A stretch of DNA of 64,000 nt from Dehalococcoidales bacterium (lineage in GTDB: Bacteria > Chloroflexota > Dehalococcoidia > Dehalococcoidales > BS750m-G39). The translations under genes were made by a program, and so were the position numbers. Position 1 is the first letter of the stretch. The number at the start of each line of letters is the position of its first letter. The stretch spans positions 1,999 through 65,998 of the forward strand of contig JALHSZ010000006.1 in assembly GCA_022865485.1 (NCBI GenBank), given 5' to 3'. This document shows positions 42,641-52,062 of the stretch, piece by piece. The notes beneath the pieces are model-generated. The model searched no databases and had not been told where the DNA came from. It saw nothing but the letters and a program-made list of their open reading frames with translations.

Positions 42641-43314
42641 TCATTTGTCCACTTACTTTGGACGAATGTAGCAGGCACATACTCCTGCGTCCCAAAACTG
42701 TATTTCTGATGACACCCGCTAAAGCCAAACGCGATGACGCATTAAAAAATGTTATTTCTCGTGTGTCTTCCGCAGTGAAACGAAAAGGCCTTTCACCGTT
42801 AGATGGAAATGATGTGATTGGACTTGGGGACACCCTATGTAATATTTGCTCTACAATGCAAGGGTGTGCAATGGGTATCGGTTTTTTTCATCCCGAAGTA
42901 CCTGCTGACACTCTGTCTAACATTTTTTGGGAAATGGGGTTATTACAAGGCTTGGGCAGACCCGTATTAATAGTGACAAACAAAAAAGAGAGTTTGCCTT
43001 CAGATTTTAGCCGTGATTTCTGTATTTTTTATGGATCTAACCCACAGTATATAAGAGCCTTCTCGGATCTAGTTCAGTCGATAAAGGAACGAGAAAACTA
43101 TTACATCGGCTCTTTGGCTGATGAGGCGCTTCGGAACGCTGACTACGAAAAGACTATTAAGTATTATCAAGAGGCATTTCTAATAAATGGTAATCGTCGA
43201 ATATTAACTAAAATGCGTAGACTGAGAAGAGATGTTAAGCCCAAGCATATACCGCTAGAGTTGAAAAATAGACTCATAAGCATGATTGATAGTTTTCTGG
43301 ACGATGCGTCCTGA
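42637..43314 (+). CDS. NDT/TIR-like fold protein with C-terminal TPR-like helices
   Basis: VFLMTP strand, NIFWEMGLLQGLGRPVLIV...LPSD motif, ADEAL...DYEKTIKYYQEA. Confidence 0.6.
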   Translation: MIICPLTLDECSRHILLRPKTVFLMTPAKAKRDDALKNVISRVSSAVKRKGLSPLDGNDVIGLGDTLCNICSTMQGCAMGIGFFHPEVPADTLSNIFWEMGLLQGLGRPVLIVTNKKESLPSDFSRDFCIFYGSNPQYIRAFSDLVQSIKERENYYIGSLADEALRNADYEKTIKYYQEAFLINGNRRILTKMRRLRRDVKPKHIPLELKNRLISMIDSFLDDAS

Positions 43315-43364
43315 AGTCTTATAAGATAGGCGTTGGATATTCTTTTTTTCCCCCCCCCCCCGCA

Positions 43365-43556
43365 TTAGACCTCTATGCTTACCAGCTCTTCCTCGGCTGT
43401 CGGCTCAAACGGGGTGTTGAGCATATCCTCGGCGCCAATCTTTAAAGATTCTATAAGTTCTTTCTTAGTTTTTTCCTGCGCGTTTACCCCCGGCAGGTCG
43501 ATAAGCCAGCCAATCCACCAGTCGTCGCTTTTTTTAATAACCGCTCTATATTGCAC
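43365..43556 (-). CDS. HicB-family antitoxin (short form), orphan
   Basis: Y.AVIKK...WWIG...DLPGVNAQ..T..EL...L pattern; GTG start. Confidence 0.75.
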   Translation of the reverse strand: MQYRAVIKKSDDWWIGWLIDLPGVNAQEKTKKELIESLKIGAEDMLNTPFEPTAEEELVSIEV

Positions 43557-43640
43557 TAATGTCACCCCACTCCTCAATTCTACCACATTTAAGGAAATCA
43601 CCCCAGAAATTAACTTTATTGAAATTCGTTGGCAGGGGAC

Positions 43641-43668
43641 TTGACAAAATCAATAATTATGCTATAAT
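43641..43668 (+). promoter_or_regulatory. Consensus sigma70 promoter
   Basis: TTGACA-16 nt-TATAAT with TG extension. Confidence 0.75.
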
Positions 43669-43733
43669 ATCATTAAATAAATTAATTGTAGCCTTAATAA
43701 AACTGATAATTCTAACCAAGGAGGTTTTAAACT

Positions 43734-44096
43734 ATGCCCAATGAATGGTCCGACCTGACCCGGCTCACCCAGGGCGCGCCCGTAGTTGTCGAGCGCGTCC
43801 GTCTGGCGGAAAGCGGCATCGCCATCGAGGGCGAATTCGAATTGCCGCCCCTGGCGCGCCTCTCCGCCGAGGACCAGATTTTTGTCACCGCCTTCGTCCT
43901 CTGCCACGGCTCCATCAAAGAAATCGAACGCATCTTCGGCGTCAGCTACCCCACGGTGAAAAACCGCCTCAACCGCCTGGCCAACAAGCTTGAGTTCGTC
44001 GAGAGCTTCGACTTCCCCGACGAAGAAGACGTGCTGGCTCAGCTTGAGAGTGGCGACATCAATGCCGAAGAGGCAATCAGGAGGTTATCGCAATGA
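43734..44096 (+). CDS. DUF2089-like HTH protein
   Basis: IEGEF....LS.E.Q.F...F....GS.KE......SYPTVK.RL; C-terminal L..G.I..EEA. Confidence 0.8.
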   Translation: MPNEWSDLTRLTQGAPVVVERVRLAESGIAIEGEFELPPLARLSAEDQIFVTAFVLCHGSIKEIERIFGVSYPTVKNRLNRLANKLEFVESFDFPDEEDVLAQLESGDINAEEAIRRLSQ

Positions 44097-44377
44097 ACTG
44101 CCCACCCTTACTCTTACGCCTGGATATATCCGAGACCGAGCACCACGGGCATACCGTCCTCTGGCTGCCCATCTTCCTGGCCTGGCTGATTCTGGCCGCC
44201 ATTTTAATCGCGCTCTCCCCGCTGATAATCCTGGCGGCGCTGCTGGCGTGGCCCTTCGGCTGGGGCAAGACGGTGCTCCTCTTCATCCCGCTGGTGTGTA
44301 ACTGCATCTGCCACCTGCACGGCTTAGAAGTCAACATAGAACGCAAAGACCGCGTCCTGTTCATATCTTTCAAATAA
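44093..44377 (+). CDS. Small membrane protein of the DUF2089 operon
   Basis: Hydrophobic core; ATGA overlap with the previous gene. Confidence 0.65.
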   Translation: MNCPPLLLRLDISETEHHGHTVLWLPIFLAWLILAAILIALSPLIILAALLAWPFGWGKTVLLFIPLVCNCICHLHGLEVNIERKDRVLFISFK

Positions 44378-44389
44378 GGAGGCAAGAAA

Positions 44390-44848
44390 ATGAGTGATAA
44401 TCAAAAGAGAATTCTGGATATGCTTGCCGAAGGCAAAATAAGCGCCGACGAAGCCCAAAAGCTGCTGGCGGCTATCGGCTCAGGAGGCGATGAACCCAGG
44501 TCCACCGGGGCACCCCCCCGCTCCCCCAAATACCTGCGCGTCGTTATCCAGCCCAACCCCGAAGGGGAAGGCGCCAAAAGAGCCAACCCCGACGCCACTA
44601 AGGAGGACGATGTCAAGCGGGTCAACGTGCGCGTGCCCATAAACCTGATACGCGCTGGCATAAAGTTCACCTCCCTGATTCCCGCCGAGGCTTCCGAGCA
44701 GGTCAACGAGGCCCTCAAGGAAAAGGGCATTAATTTCGATGTCCGCAACCTCAAGCCCGAAGACCTGGAGGAGCTGATAGAGGCGCTGCACGACCTGGAG
44801 GTGGACATTCAGAACGGCCAGGAAAAGGTGCACGTCTACGTGGAATAG
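44390..44848 (+). CDS. SHOCT-like (YvlB/LiaX N-terminal) domain protein
   Basis: RIL.ML.EGKIS.DEA.KLL.A; VNVRVP..L. Confidence 0.75.
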   Translation: MSDNQKRILDMLAEGKISADEAQKLLAAIGSGGDEPRSTGAPPRSPKYLRVVIQPNPEGEGAKRANPDATKEDDVKRVNVRVPINLIRAGIKFTSLIPAEASEQVNEALKEKGINFDVRNLKPEDLEELIEALHDLEVDIQNGQEKVHVYVE

Positions 44849-44870
44849 AACGGGCATATCCCGAAGACAG

Positions 44871-44895
44871 GGCGGGACGAAAGTCCCGCCTTTTG
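44871..44895 (+). terminator. Intrinsic terminator
   Basis: GGCGGGAC-GAAA-GTCCCGCC-TTTT. Confidence 0.8.
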
Positions 44896-44987
44896 CGTTC
44901 CCCCTCCCCCCAAGCTCCGAGGGGGGATGGTTAGCCTCGCCCGTTTTATAGTATACTTCAGGCAAACTTTCGTTAGGGGGTAAAGAT

Positions 44988-45752
44988 ATGCGGCTCAAAG
45001 ATAAAGTGGCTATCGTCACCGGCAGCGCCCGCGGCATGGGACGGGTTTTCGCCCTCCGTTTCGCTAAAGAAGGCGCCAAGCTGACCGTCTGCGATGTCCT
45101 CGACTGCCAGCCCGTCGCCGAGGAGATAAAAGCTATCGGCGGGGAAGCGCTGGCGCTCAAGACCGATGTCACCAGCGAAAAAGACGCCGCCGAGATGGCT
45201 AAAAAGACGGTCGAGCGCTTCGGGCGGATAGACATCCTGGTCAACAACGCCGCCGTTATCGGCACTATCGAGACCAAGGACTTCGTCAAACCGGTGGAAG
45301 AGATAGTGTCGGCGGACTGGGACCGGATTCTGGCGGTCAACATTAAGGGCGTCTTCCTCTGCTCTAAAGCCGTTATCCCCTACATGAAGAAGCAGGGCGG
45401 GGGTAAAATCGTCAATATGGCTTCCACCGTCGCCTTCTCCGGTCTGCCCCACTTTATTCACTACAGCACCTCCAAGGGCGGCGTGGTCACCATGACCCGT
45501 GGCCTGGCCTGGGCGCTGGGTGAATTCAATATCAACGTCAACGCCGTCGCCCCCGGCCTCATCATGACCGAGGCGATGCAGGGGGCATATACCCCGGAAT
45601 TTTACCAGGAAATGGTGGCGACCAAGCAGCTTATCCACAAGAACGTGGAACCGGAAGACGTGGCCAGCGCGGTGCTCTTTCTGGCCTCCGATGAAGCCGA
45701 CAAGATAACGGGGCAAACGCTGGCCGTTAACGCCGGCGAATACCTGCATTAA
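44988..45752 (+). CDS. Short-chain dehydrogenase/reductase (FabG-like)
   Basis: TGSARGMG, NNA, YSTSK. Confidence 0.93.
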   Translation: MRLKDKVAIVTGSARGMGRVFALRFAKEGAKLTVCDVLDCQPVAEEIKAIGGEALALKTDVTSEKDAAEMAKKTVERFGRIDILVNNAAVIGTIETKDFVKPVEEIVSADWDRILAVNIKGVFLCSKAVIPYMKKQGGGKIVNMASTVAFSGLPHFIHYSTSKGGVVTMTRGLAWALGEFNINVNAVAPGLIMTEAMQGAYTPEFYQEMVATKQLIHKNVEPEDVASAVLFLASDEADKITGQTLAVNAGEYLH

Positions 45753-45820
45753 AAGGGGAATTCTTCAGGCTCCCTTTCTGCCCTGGACTAAACCCAAGTC
45801 TGCCTTCGATACTAAACTGG

Positions 45821-46420
45821 CTAGCTTTCCGGTTCGGGTCTCAGGGGAGGCCTGACACCGGCTGGCCATGACTTGGTTTCCAGCGGCTTGCAGATAATCT
45901 CGGTGATGTGGAGCTCGTGGAGCTTGGTGGAGCCAGCCGCAATAGCCACCACGGCGGTGTCGGAGCCGCGGCCGGTGCCGGTCACGGCGATTACCTTTTC
46001 CCCGGCAGCGATACACCCGCCGTCTGTCGCCATCAGGATTATCTCGACGCCGACCTTCATTCCCTGGCATAAGGTGCGAAGAAGGATAGCCATGACGCTG
46101 GGTGTCGTCGTGCCGTAGAGGCCGTCGGTGTGGAACAACATGGTGCCGAAGTGGACGCGGTGCCCTTTCTGCTCCAGCTCGGAGACCAGCGCCGCGGGGA
46201 ACCTCTGTTTGCCGATAAAGCCGTATTGATGAGGCACTACCACCATCTTAATCCCGGTGCCGGCAAAACGCTCTGCGGCTAGGCGGGCGGTCTCTCCCGT
46301 CGTCGAGGCGAGGACGATTTTCTTTATGCCCCGGGCCTTGGCCCGCTCGGCTGCCAGGCGTAGCGTTTCCTCGGTATTCTCCAGCCCCGCCGTCTCGAAA
46401 TAGGTTATTTTCTCTTCCAA
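45821..46420 (-). CDS. Stand-alone pyruvate kinase alpha/beta (C-terminal) domain protein
   Basis: YF...G.ENT..T, IV.AS..G.TA, QGMKV..EI..MA.D.G, GTG.G.DTA. Confidence 0.75.
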   Translation of the reverse strand: MEEKITYFETAGLENTEETLRLAAERAKARGIKKIVLASTTGETARLAAERFAGTGIKMVVVPHQYGFIGKQRFPAALVSELEQKGHRVHFGTMLFHTDGLYGTTTPSVMAILLRTLCQGMKVGVEIILMATDGGCIAAGEKVIAVTGTGRGSDTAVVAIAAGSTKLHELHITEIICKPLETKSWPAGVRPPLRPEPES

Positions 46421-46517
46421 GTTTTCTCTCCTCTCTCTTTATTAACTTTTCGTTAAAGCCCCGTCGGGTGATTAGCCGCGCTGCTCTCGTTTCATAGCTA
46501 ATCCCTTAAGCTCTTTA

Positions 46518-48197
46518 TTATTTGCTGTTAAGTACCAACTCGGACTCTGTTTGAGATGGCTTTTTGCCTTTGGGACGTCTTTTCTTCATGCGCTCGGCTT
46601 GAAACCGTATCATTTCATCAAGCTTCTCGTACATTTCTTCAGATGACTCACTGTCATTCCTTGCAAAGCAGGCGGCAATCGCTCTAAAAACGACAATTTC
46701 TATGCAATCCTCGTTTATGCCTTGCTCGTAGGCAGGGTGGTCAAGATTGACAAGTATGAGCGATTCTTGTTGTCTTATATCGCATTCAGGCCAATCCGCA
46801 CCTAAAGGATGTATCTTTATATCATACATTTGATTTCTAAAACGCAGACGTCCTGAGCCGAAAATTGCTTTTATCTCTTTCATGAGCTTGGATGGTATAG
46901 GCGTGTGGTCTCTATGTCTCTCCAATCGCCTTTTAGTTTCAATGTGTAGGTCAGGGCGGATCACTGTTCTCCCAGTCTCGTCCACTCTCCCCTTTATTGT
47001 ACTGTCTTGCCTAGCTTTGCGCTTTAAGAGTTCATCATAGGCGTTGAAGTCTTCCGCAACTTGTTTTATAGCCTCATCGACTTTTGCTTTTTTCTCAGCC
47101 TCTTCCTTTGCTTGGTGTTTTCTTTCCTCTTCTCTACAGATGTCTGTAAGCAATTTTTTCATATAGTCAGCGTAGGCTACGTATTTAGGGTGAGTCTCAA
47201 CAAAACCCTCTCTATCTGTCTTTATAACCGGCATCTCGTCCGTTTTATCCTCTGGGTCAAAGCTAGCTACCTCCGCCGAACCAGCTATCAAATCACCAAC
47301 ATGGTATGTAAAACTGGTTGGTGATAAGCCAAAGAGACTAGGTTCTCCAACAACACGACCCCTTACCGTAGTGAAGACTCCTGGTTTCTTAAGCATTTTC
47401 GTAGCTATGAGAATCTCCCCAACAATATAACCGCAAATGGGGTCTGTATGATTTATGGGGATTTTCCTGCGAGCGGGAATATCTTTTGGCTCACAAGGAT
47501 GACCGTTTACTATCACCCTGAAATTTTTCCCTAATGGCAATTCATGGGCTAAATGAGCAATTACCTTATCCACATCTATTTTACCGCACTCTGGCCTGAG
47601 TTTCCTCAGTATTACTGTGGTCCCATTGCGTTCACCTTTCGCGTCAAATTCCATAATCGGCATGGAGGCACGGTCTAGGACGGGCTCTTTTAACTTTCCC
47701 ATTCTCTCAGTATTTTCAAGTTCGTCTCGGTCTAAACAGAATTCGAAAGCCTTGCCATTTTTGACAGTTCTAACCTCTATTCTCTTTGCAATACCAAAGC
47801 CATCGAGCTTACCGATCCCCTTGTTGCCAATAGGGAGACGGTGGAAAATGGGAGTTTGCTTAACAGCCCGTTTTTGCCCTGATCCCAAGAACATGTACCC
47901 TTCTCGGATATCCAGCTCATCCATGCCCTCTCCGTTGTCTTGAATTACGATCTTATCATGCCCTTTATCTCCGAGGACTGCGCGCATGAGCTTTTCTTCC
48001 GGGGCAAGTCCTCCCCCAGCTTTGATATCGACGGTTACGTAATTAGCATCAGCGTCGTAGCCATTTACTACGAGCTCGCTAATTGCCTTAGAATACTTGC
48101 TATACATGGTGAGACCAATATGATCCAACATTTTTATTGCTGTAAAGAACTTTAAATCGCGCAGCCTGTGCCCTTCAGTTTTTTCCTTTCCGTTCAT
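46518..48197 (-). CDS. MORC/MutL-like GHKL ATPase, AT-rich
   Basis: ELVVNGYDADA, DNGEGM, GNKGIGKL, GT.V.L, coiled coil, VNLDHP; ATG at 48197 after GGAGG. Confidence 0.8.
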   Translation of the reverse strand: MNGKEKTEGHRLRDLKFFTAIKMLDHIGLTMYSKYSKAISELVVNGYDADANYVTVDIKAGGGLAPEEKLMRAVLGDKGHDKIVIQDNGEGMDELDIREGYMFLGSGQKRAVKQTPIFHRLPIGNKGIGKLDGFGIAKRIEVRTVKNGKAFEFCLDRDELENTERMGKLKEPVLDRASMPIMEFDAKGERNGTTVILRKLRPECGKIDVDKVIAHLAHELPLGKNFRVIVNGHPCEPKDIPARRKIPINHTDPICGYIVGEILIATKMLKKPGVFTTVRGRVVGEPSLFGLSPTSFTYHVGDLIAGSAEVASFDPEDKTDEMPVIKTDREGFVETHPKYVAYADYMKKLLTDICREEERKHQAKEEAEKKAKVDEAIKQVAEDFNAYDELLKRKARQDSTIKGRVDETGRTVIRPDLHIETKRRLERHRDHTPIPSKLMKEIKAIFGSGRLRFRNQMYDIKIHPLGADWPECDIRQQESLILVNLDHPAYEQGINEDCIEIVVFRAIAACFARNDSESSEEMYEKLDEMIRFQAERMKKRRPKGKKPSQTESELVLNSK

Positions 48198-48215
48198 TTT
48201 TACCCCTCCCAATTT

Positions 48216-48446
48216 TTATAATTTAAAACCCTCTTTGTTTGAGAAGTGAAATTTTGACTTGGTTTCTCTCACTCTTTTAGTTATTGCCGAGAATATTTTA
48301 TTTATATCTTCTTCTGAGTAGCCATAAATCTGTCTATTGGAGCAATTGCCGAGTAGCCTGAGTTTATCAAGAACAGCGCTGGTTCTTGCTTCAGCAACTC
48401 TCTTAAAGCGCTCTTCTGGAGTCTCATTATTACTTATTCTTCTCAT
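48216..48446 (-). CDS. 76-aa helical protein, candidate regulator
   Basis: ERF.R.AE.RT...LD.LR.LGN.SN...Y.Y.EED..KIF pattern; own SD; TTGACA at 48515-48510. Confidence 0.7.
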   Translation of the reverse strand: MRRISNNETPEERFKRVAEARTSAVLDKLRLLGNCSNRQIYGYSEEDINKIFSAITKRVRETKSKFHFSNKEGFKL

Positions 48447-48565
48447 TAAAAACTCCCTATACAAAATATTCGTCGTATATTTAAAATATATAGCATATTT
48501 TTTATAAAATGTCAAGCATTTATTTTTATAATACTATTATATTTTAACATATTAGGAAATAATAA

Positions 48566-48587
48566 AGGCTAGGCACAAGCCTAGCCT
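48566..48587 (-). terminator. Terminator after tRNA-Met
   Basis: AGGCTAGGC-TTGT-GCCTAGCCT followed by a T-rich tail on the minus strand. Confidence 0.7.
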
Positions 48588-48598
48588 CTTCTCTTCTT

Positions 48599-48673
<75 letters not shown>

Positions 48674-48736
48674 CCGCTCCGTTTGTTCATGACGGACTTC
48701 CAGTATAACGTCTGGGGGGAGAACCTGTCAAGACGT

Positions 48737-49372
48737 TTAGATTGCCCCAAACCCCTCCCCGAAGAACCGGCTCACCTTCTCGGCCACCTCTTTTTCATAC
48801 CCGCCCCAGAAGTGGTCGGCGCCGGCGATAACCTGATACTGTGCGGGCGTATCCGCAGCCAGCTTCAAGAACCTTTCCCGCGGTATGACGAAGTCGTTCT
48901 CCCCGGCGATGACGAACTTGGGCTTACTGTACCGCTCCAGCTCCTCCCAGCCCCCCTCCGCCAGCGCCGGCGAGACCAGCGCCAGCATCTTCACCCTCCC
49001 GTCTTTAACGGCCACGGGCAGAGCGACCCCGCCCCCGAAGGAATAGCCCGCCAGCCCGATTCTCTCCCTGTCGATGTCCTCTCTGGCTGTGGCGAAATCC
49101 AGCGCCGCCCTGACGTCTTCCTGCTCGGCTATGCCCTCCCCGAACTCTCCTTGGCTCTGGCCCACCCCCCGGAAGTTGAACCTGAGAGCGGCGATGGCCC
49201 TTTCCGCCAGCGCCTGGCAGATGGCGAAGACGACGTTGCTCGACATATTCCCCCCGTATAGCGGATGGGGGTGGCAGACGACCACCGCCGGCCAGGGGGC
49301 ATTAGCTTCGGGGAAATGCCAGACCGCCTCCAGGGAAATATCACCGGGGATGGTGGTGTGCTCTCGGCTCAA
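48737..49372 (-). CDS. Alpha/beta hydrolase
   Basis: HPHP.YGG.M, RFNFRGVG.S.G, GYSFG, ADHF. Confidence 0.9.
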   Translation of the reverse strand: MSREHTTIPGDISLEAVWHFPEANAPWPAVVVCHPHPLYGGNMSSNVVFAICQALAERAIAALRFNFRGVGQSQGEFGEGIAEQEDVRAALDFATAREDIDRERIGLAGYSFGGGVALPVAVKDGRVKMLALVSPALAEGGWEELERYSKPKFVIAGENDFVIPRERFLKLAADTPAQYQVIAGADHFWGGYEKEVAEKVSRFFGEGFGAI

Positions 49373-50751
49373 GCTTTCTTCTTTCTTTCAGTAGGGGGCT
49401 TTCTGTCCGGTTTTTTCGGCTTCGTCTGCTTGACGCTCTCCCACCAGGCTTTGAGCCGCTCGGCGACCTGCTTCTCGTAGCCCTGGTCGCTGGGCTGGTA
49501 GAAACGCTTATCTTTAAGGGAATCGGGCAGGTGCTGCTGCCCGGCAAAGTGCCCGGGGAAGTCGTGGTCGTATTTGTAGCCGTCCCCGTATCCCATCCCC
49601 TTCATCAGCGGCGTTACCGGGTTGCGCAGGTGCTTGGGCACCTCCGCGTCGGGTCCCTCTTTAATCTCCTCCTGCACCTTGGAGTAAGCCCGGTAGAGCG
49701 CGTTGCTCTTGGGGGCGGTAGCCAGGTAGACCACCGCCTCGGCTATGGCCAGGTTGCCCTCGGGCATGCCGATAAAGTGCACGGCCTGCTGGGCGGCCAT
49801 AGCCACCACCAGCGCCTGCGGGTCGGCGATGCCGATATCCTCCGAGGCTAAGCGCACCAGCCGCCTCACGATATAGAATGGACTTTCCCCCGCCTCCAGC
49901 ATCCTGGCCACCCAGTAGAGCGCCGCGTCGGGGTCGGAGCCTCTCAGCGACTTGTGCAGCGCCGAGATGAGGTCGTAGTGCCGTTCCCCCGCCTTGTCGT
50001 AGGGCAGATAGCGCTGCTGGACAGCGTCCTCGATAGTCTTCAGCGAGATTCTGCGCTTGCCCTGGCTGTTGGGCGGGGTCGTCAGGGCGGCTATCTCCAG
50101 GGTGTTGAGGGCGACCCGCGCGTCCTTGTTGGAGACCATGATGAGGCGGAGCAGGGCGTCCTCGTCCAGCTCGACGTTGAGCTTGCCCAGCCCGTTGAGC
50201 TCGTCCTTGAGCGCCCTCATGATGATAACCTGCAGCTCGTCCTCGGCGAGGGGGTTGAGGGTGAGCACCTGGCAGCGCGATAGCAGGGGGGAGATGACCT
50301 CGAAGGAGGGGTTTTCGGTGGTGGCGCCGATAAGCGTAATAGTCCCGTCCTCGACGTAGGGCAGGACGGCGTCCTGCTGGCCTTTATTGAAGCGGTGAAT
50401 CTCGTCGATAAAGAGTATGGTTTTCTGCTTATAGAGCTTGCGGCGCTCTTTGGCTTCCTCGATGATTCTCCTCAGGTCGGCGACTCCCGCGCTGACGGCG
50501 CTTACCGGGCTGAAGTGGGCCTCGGTGCTGTTGGCGATGATAAAGGCGAGCGTGGTCTTGCCGCTGCCGGTAGGCCCCCAGAGAATCAGGGAAGGCACCT
50601 GCCCGGCCTCGATAGCCTTTCTCAGGACGTGTCCTTCCCCTATCAGGTGCTCCTGCCCCACGAACTGGTGCAGGGCAGCTGGTCTCATCCGTGCCGCCAG
50701 CGGCGCTCCCTGCCCCTTCTCTTGCTGGAGATTATAGTCGAATAGGTCCAT
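49369..50751 (-). CDS. rarA: Replication-associated recombination protein A
   Basis: PLAARMRP, GPTGSGKT, DEIHRFNK, ATTENP, SALHKS.RGSD. Confidence 0.96.
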   Translation of the reverse strand: MDLFDYNLQQEKGQGAPLAARMRPAALHQFVGQEHLIGEGHVLRKAIEAGQVPSLILWGPTGSGKTTLAFIIANSTEAHFSPVSAVSAGVADLRRIIEEAKERRKLYKQKTILFIDEIHRFNKGQQDAVLPYVEDGTITLIGATTENPSFEVISPLLSRCQVLTLNPLAEDELQVIIMRALKDELNGLGKLNVELDEDALLRLIMVSNKDARVALNTLEIAALTTPPNSQGKRRISLKTIEDAVQQRYLPYDKAGERHYDLISALHKSLRGSDPDAALYWVARMLEAGESPFYIVRRLVRLASEDIGIADPQALVVAMAAQQAVHFIGMPEGNLAIAEAVVYLATAPKSNALYRAYSKVQEEIKEGPDAEVPKHLRNPVTPLMKGMGYGDGYKYDHDFPGHFAGQQHLPDSLKDKRFYQPSDQGYEKQVAERLKAWWESVKQTKPKKPDRKPPTERKKKA

Positions 50752-50753
50752 AT

Positions 50754-51137
50754 CTATGCTTTCTTTAAGGTCTGGTTGAAGGTCAGCTTATAGCCGTCGA
50801 TGTCCTCGACGGTGAAGTCTCTGACGCCGAAGGGTTCGTTCTTGATGTCGGCGGCTATCTTGACCCCCTTCTGCTTTAGCTCATTGTAATACTTATCGAT
50901 ATCCCCATCAATCTGGAGGTAGAGGTAGACTCCGGTGCCGAATTTTTCTTTGGTGTCGAGGCCGTGGTTTTTGGCGGGTACGAACATCATGACCATGCCG
51001 TCTTTAACGATGTCGGCGTATTCGGGGTTGTCGGGGGTGGGGAAGGCCATTTTGAGTTCGAAGCCGAGGGATTTGGTGTAAAAGTCCAGTGTCTTCTTCA
51101 TGTCCCTGACCGCCAGCAGTGGAGATAGATAGCCCAT
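50754..51137 (-). CDS. VOC/glyoxalase-family protein
   Basis: FY...LGF; G.RDF...D.DG. Confidence 0.85.
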   Translation of the reverse strand: MGYLSPLLAVRDMKKTLDFYTKSLGFELKMAFPTPDNPEYADIVKDGMVMMFVPAKNHGLDTKEKFGTGVYLYLQIDGDIDKYYNELKQKGVKIAADIKNEPFGVRDFTVEDIDGYKLTFNQTLKKA

Positions 51138-51266
51138 TTTATCCTCCTTTACTTTAAGGTGACCCTATTCTCTTCCACTTAACTAGGGGAAGAAATCTAA
51201 AAAGAGGGGGCGAAGCCTTTCTTCACCTCATATTACTCTTTGGCTTCTCTAGCCGCTACGCCAGCT

Positions 51267-51737
51267 TCAAAATGACGTAGTGCCGGGCGAAACCCAGTGC
51301 TGTCGTGTCCAGCTGGAAGAGCCGTAGATTTGGTTACCCTTGTACTCCCCTTTAAAGGTGTAGTATTCCCCTTCGGGGAGGAAGTTTGGGTCGCAGGGCA
51401 GATTGCGGACGACTTCGGAGCAGCATCCTGTCGCATCTGTCTTACTGGACACCGTCTTGAAAAGATTGGTGGCGTTTTGCCGCCAGATGTAAAAGGTTAC
51501 CGGTTGAAAGGGTAGATTGTGATTGAGTCGTGGCTTCGCGGTCCTTAGCAGTATTTGCATGGTAACGCTGTCCAAGTAAACCGTCTCGCCGTCGGTATAG
51601 CACATGGCCCCGCCCAAGCATTCGGTCTGTATTTTTACAGAGGCAAGTGGTGTTACCAACGGGGGTTTGATGACCTTTTCTCCGGCAGGCGTCTTTTCGG
51701 GCTTTTGACTTTTGGATGGATTTACCTGTTTTGCCAT
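51267..51737 (-). CDS. Hypothetical beta-rich (Ig-like?) protein
   Basis: Strong SD; TD..G and Y.G...Y..S motifs; no signal peptide. Confidence 0.55.
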   Translation of the reverse strand: MAKQVNPSKSQKPEKTPAGEKVIKPPLVTPLASVKIQTECLGGAMCYTDGETVYLDSVTMQILLRTAKPRLNHNLPFQPVTFYIWRQNATNLFKTVSSKTDATGCCSEVVRNLPCDPNFLPEGEYYTFKGEYKGNQIYGSSSWTRQHWVSPGTTSF

Positions 51738-51772
51738 TTTGGTTCCTCCTTTTATTTATCCCTATTTTTTCC

Positions 51773-51980
51773 TGTCACCCTGTTTTCCCTTTGTCATTCC
51801 CGCTTTTCCCCTTGTCATTCCCGCGTTCCACTTTGTCATTCCCGCGCTCCACTTTGTCATTCCCGCGAAGGCGGGAATCCAGTTTCCCCCTTTGAAAAAG
51901 GGGGATTAAGGGGGATTTTGCCCCCCCTGTCACCCTGAGCGCAGCGAAGGGTCTCTCTTTAGATTCTTCAGTCGCCTCGC
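51773..51980 (+). repeat. REP cluster with tandem 21-mers
   Basis: Four TTGTCATTCCCGC starts 21 nt apart, CCCCCTTTGAAAAAGGGGG hairpin, GTCACCCTGAGCGCAGCGAAGGGTCT. Confidence 0.88.
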
Positions 51981-52062
51981 CCCTCTAAAACTCCCTGTTA
52001 AGAATAAAGAGTGGGAGAAACGTAGTCCATTTAGTGACCTCCTAAAGCAAGTAGCTTCACAG

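Noticed and set aside
46421-46517. att-site duplicate of the tRNA-Met 3' end
   Set aside because: No matching direct repeat is visible at the far end of the islet.
51792-51880. Tandem TTGTCATTCCCGC units as a CRISPR array (also 40467-40533)
   Set aside because: Period is only 19-21 nt with near-identical 6-8 nt linkers, no unique spacers and no cas genes; these are amplified REP arms.
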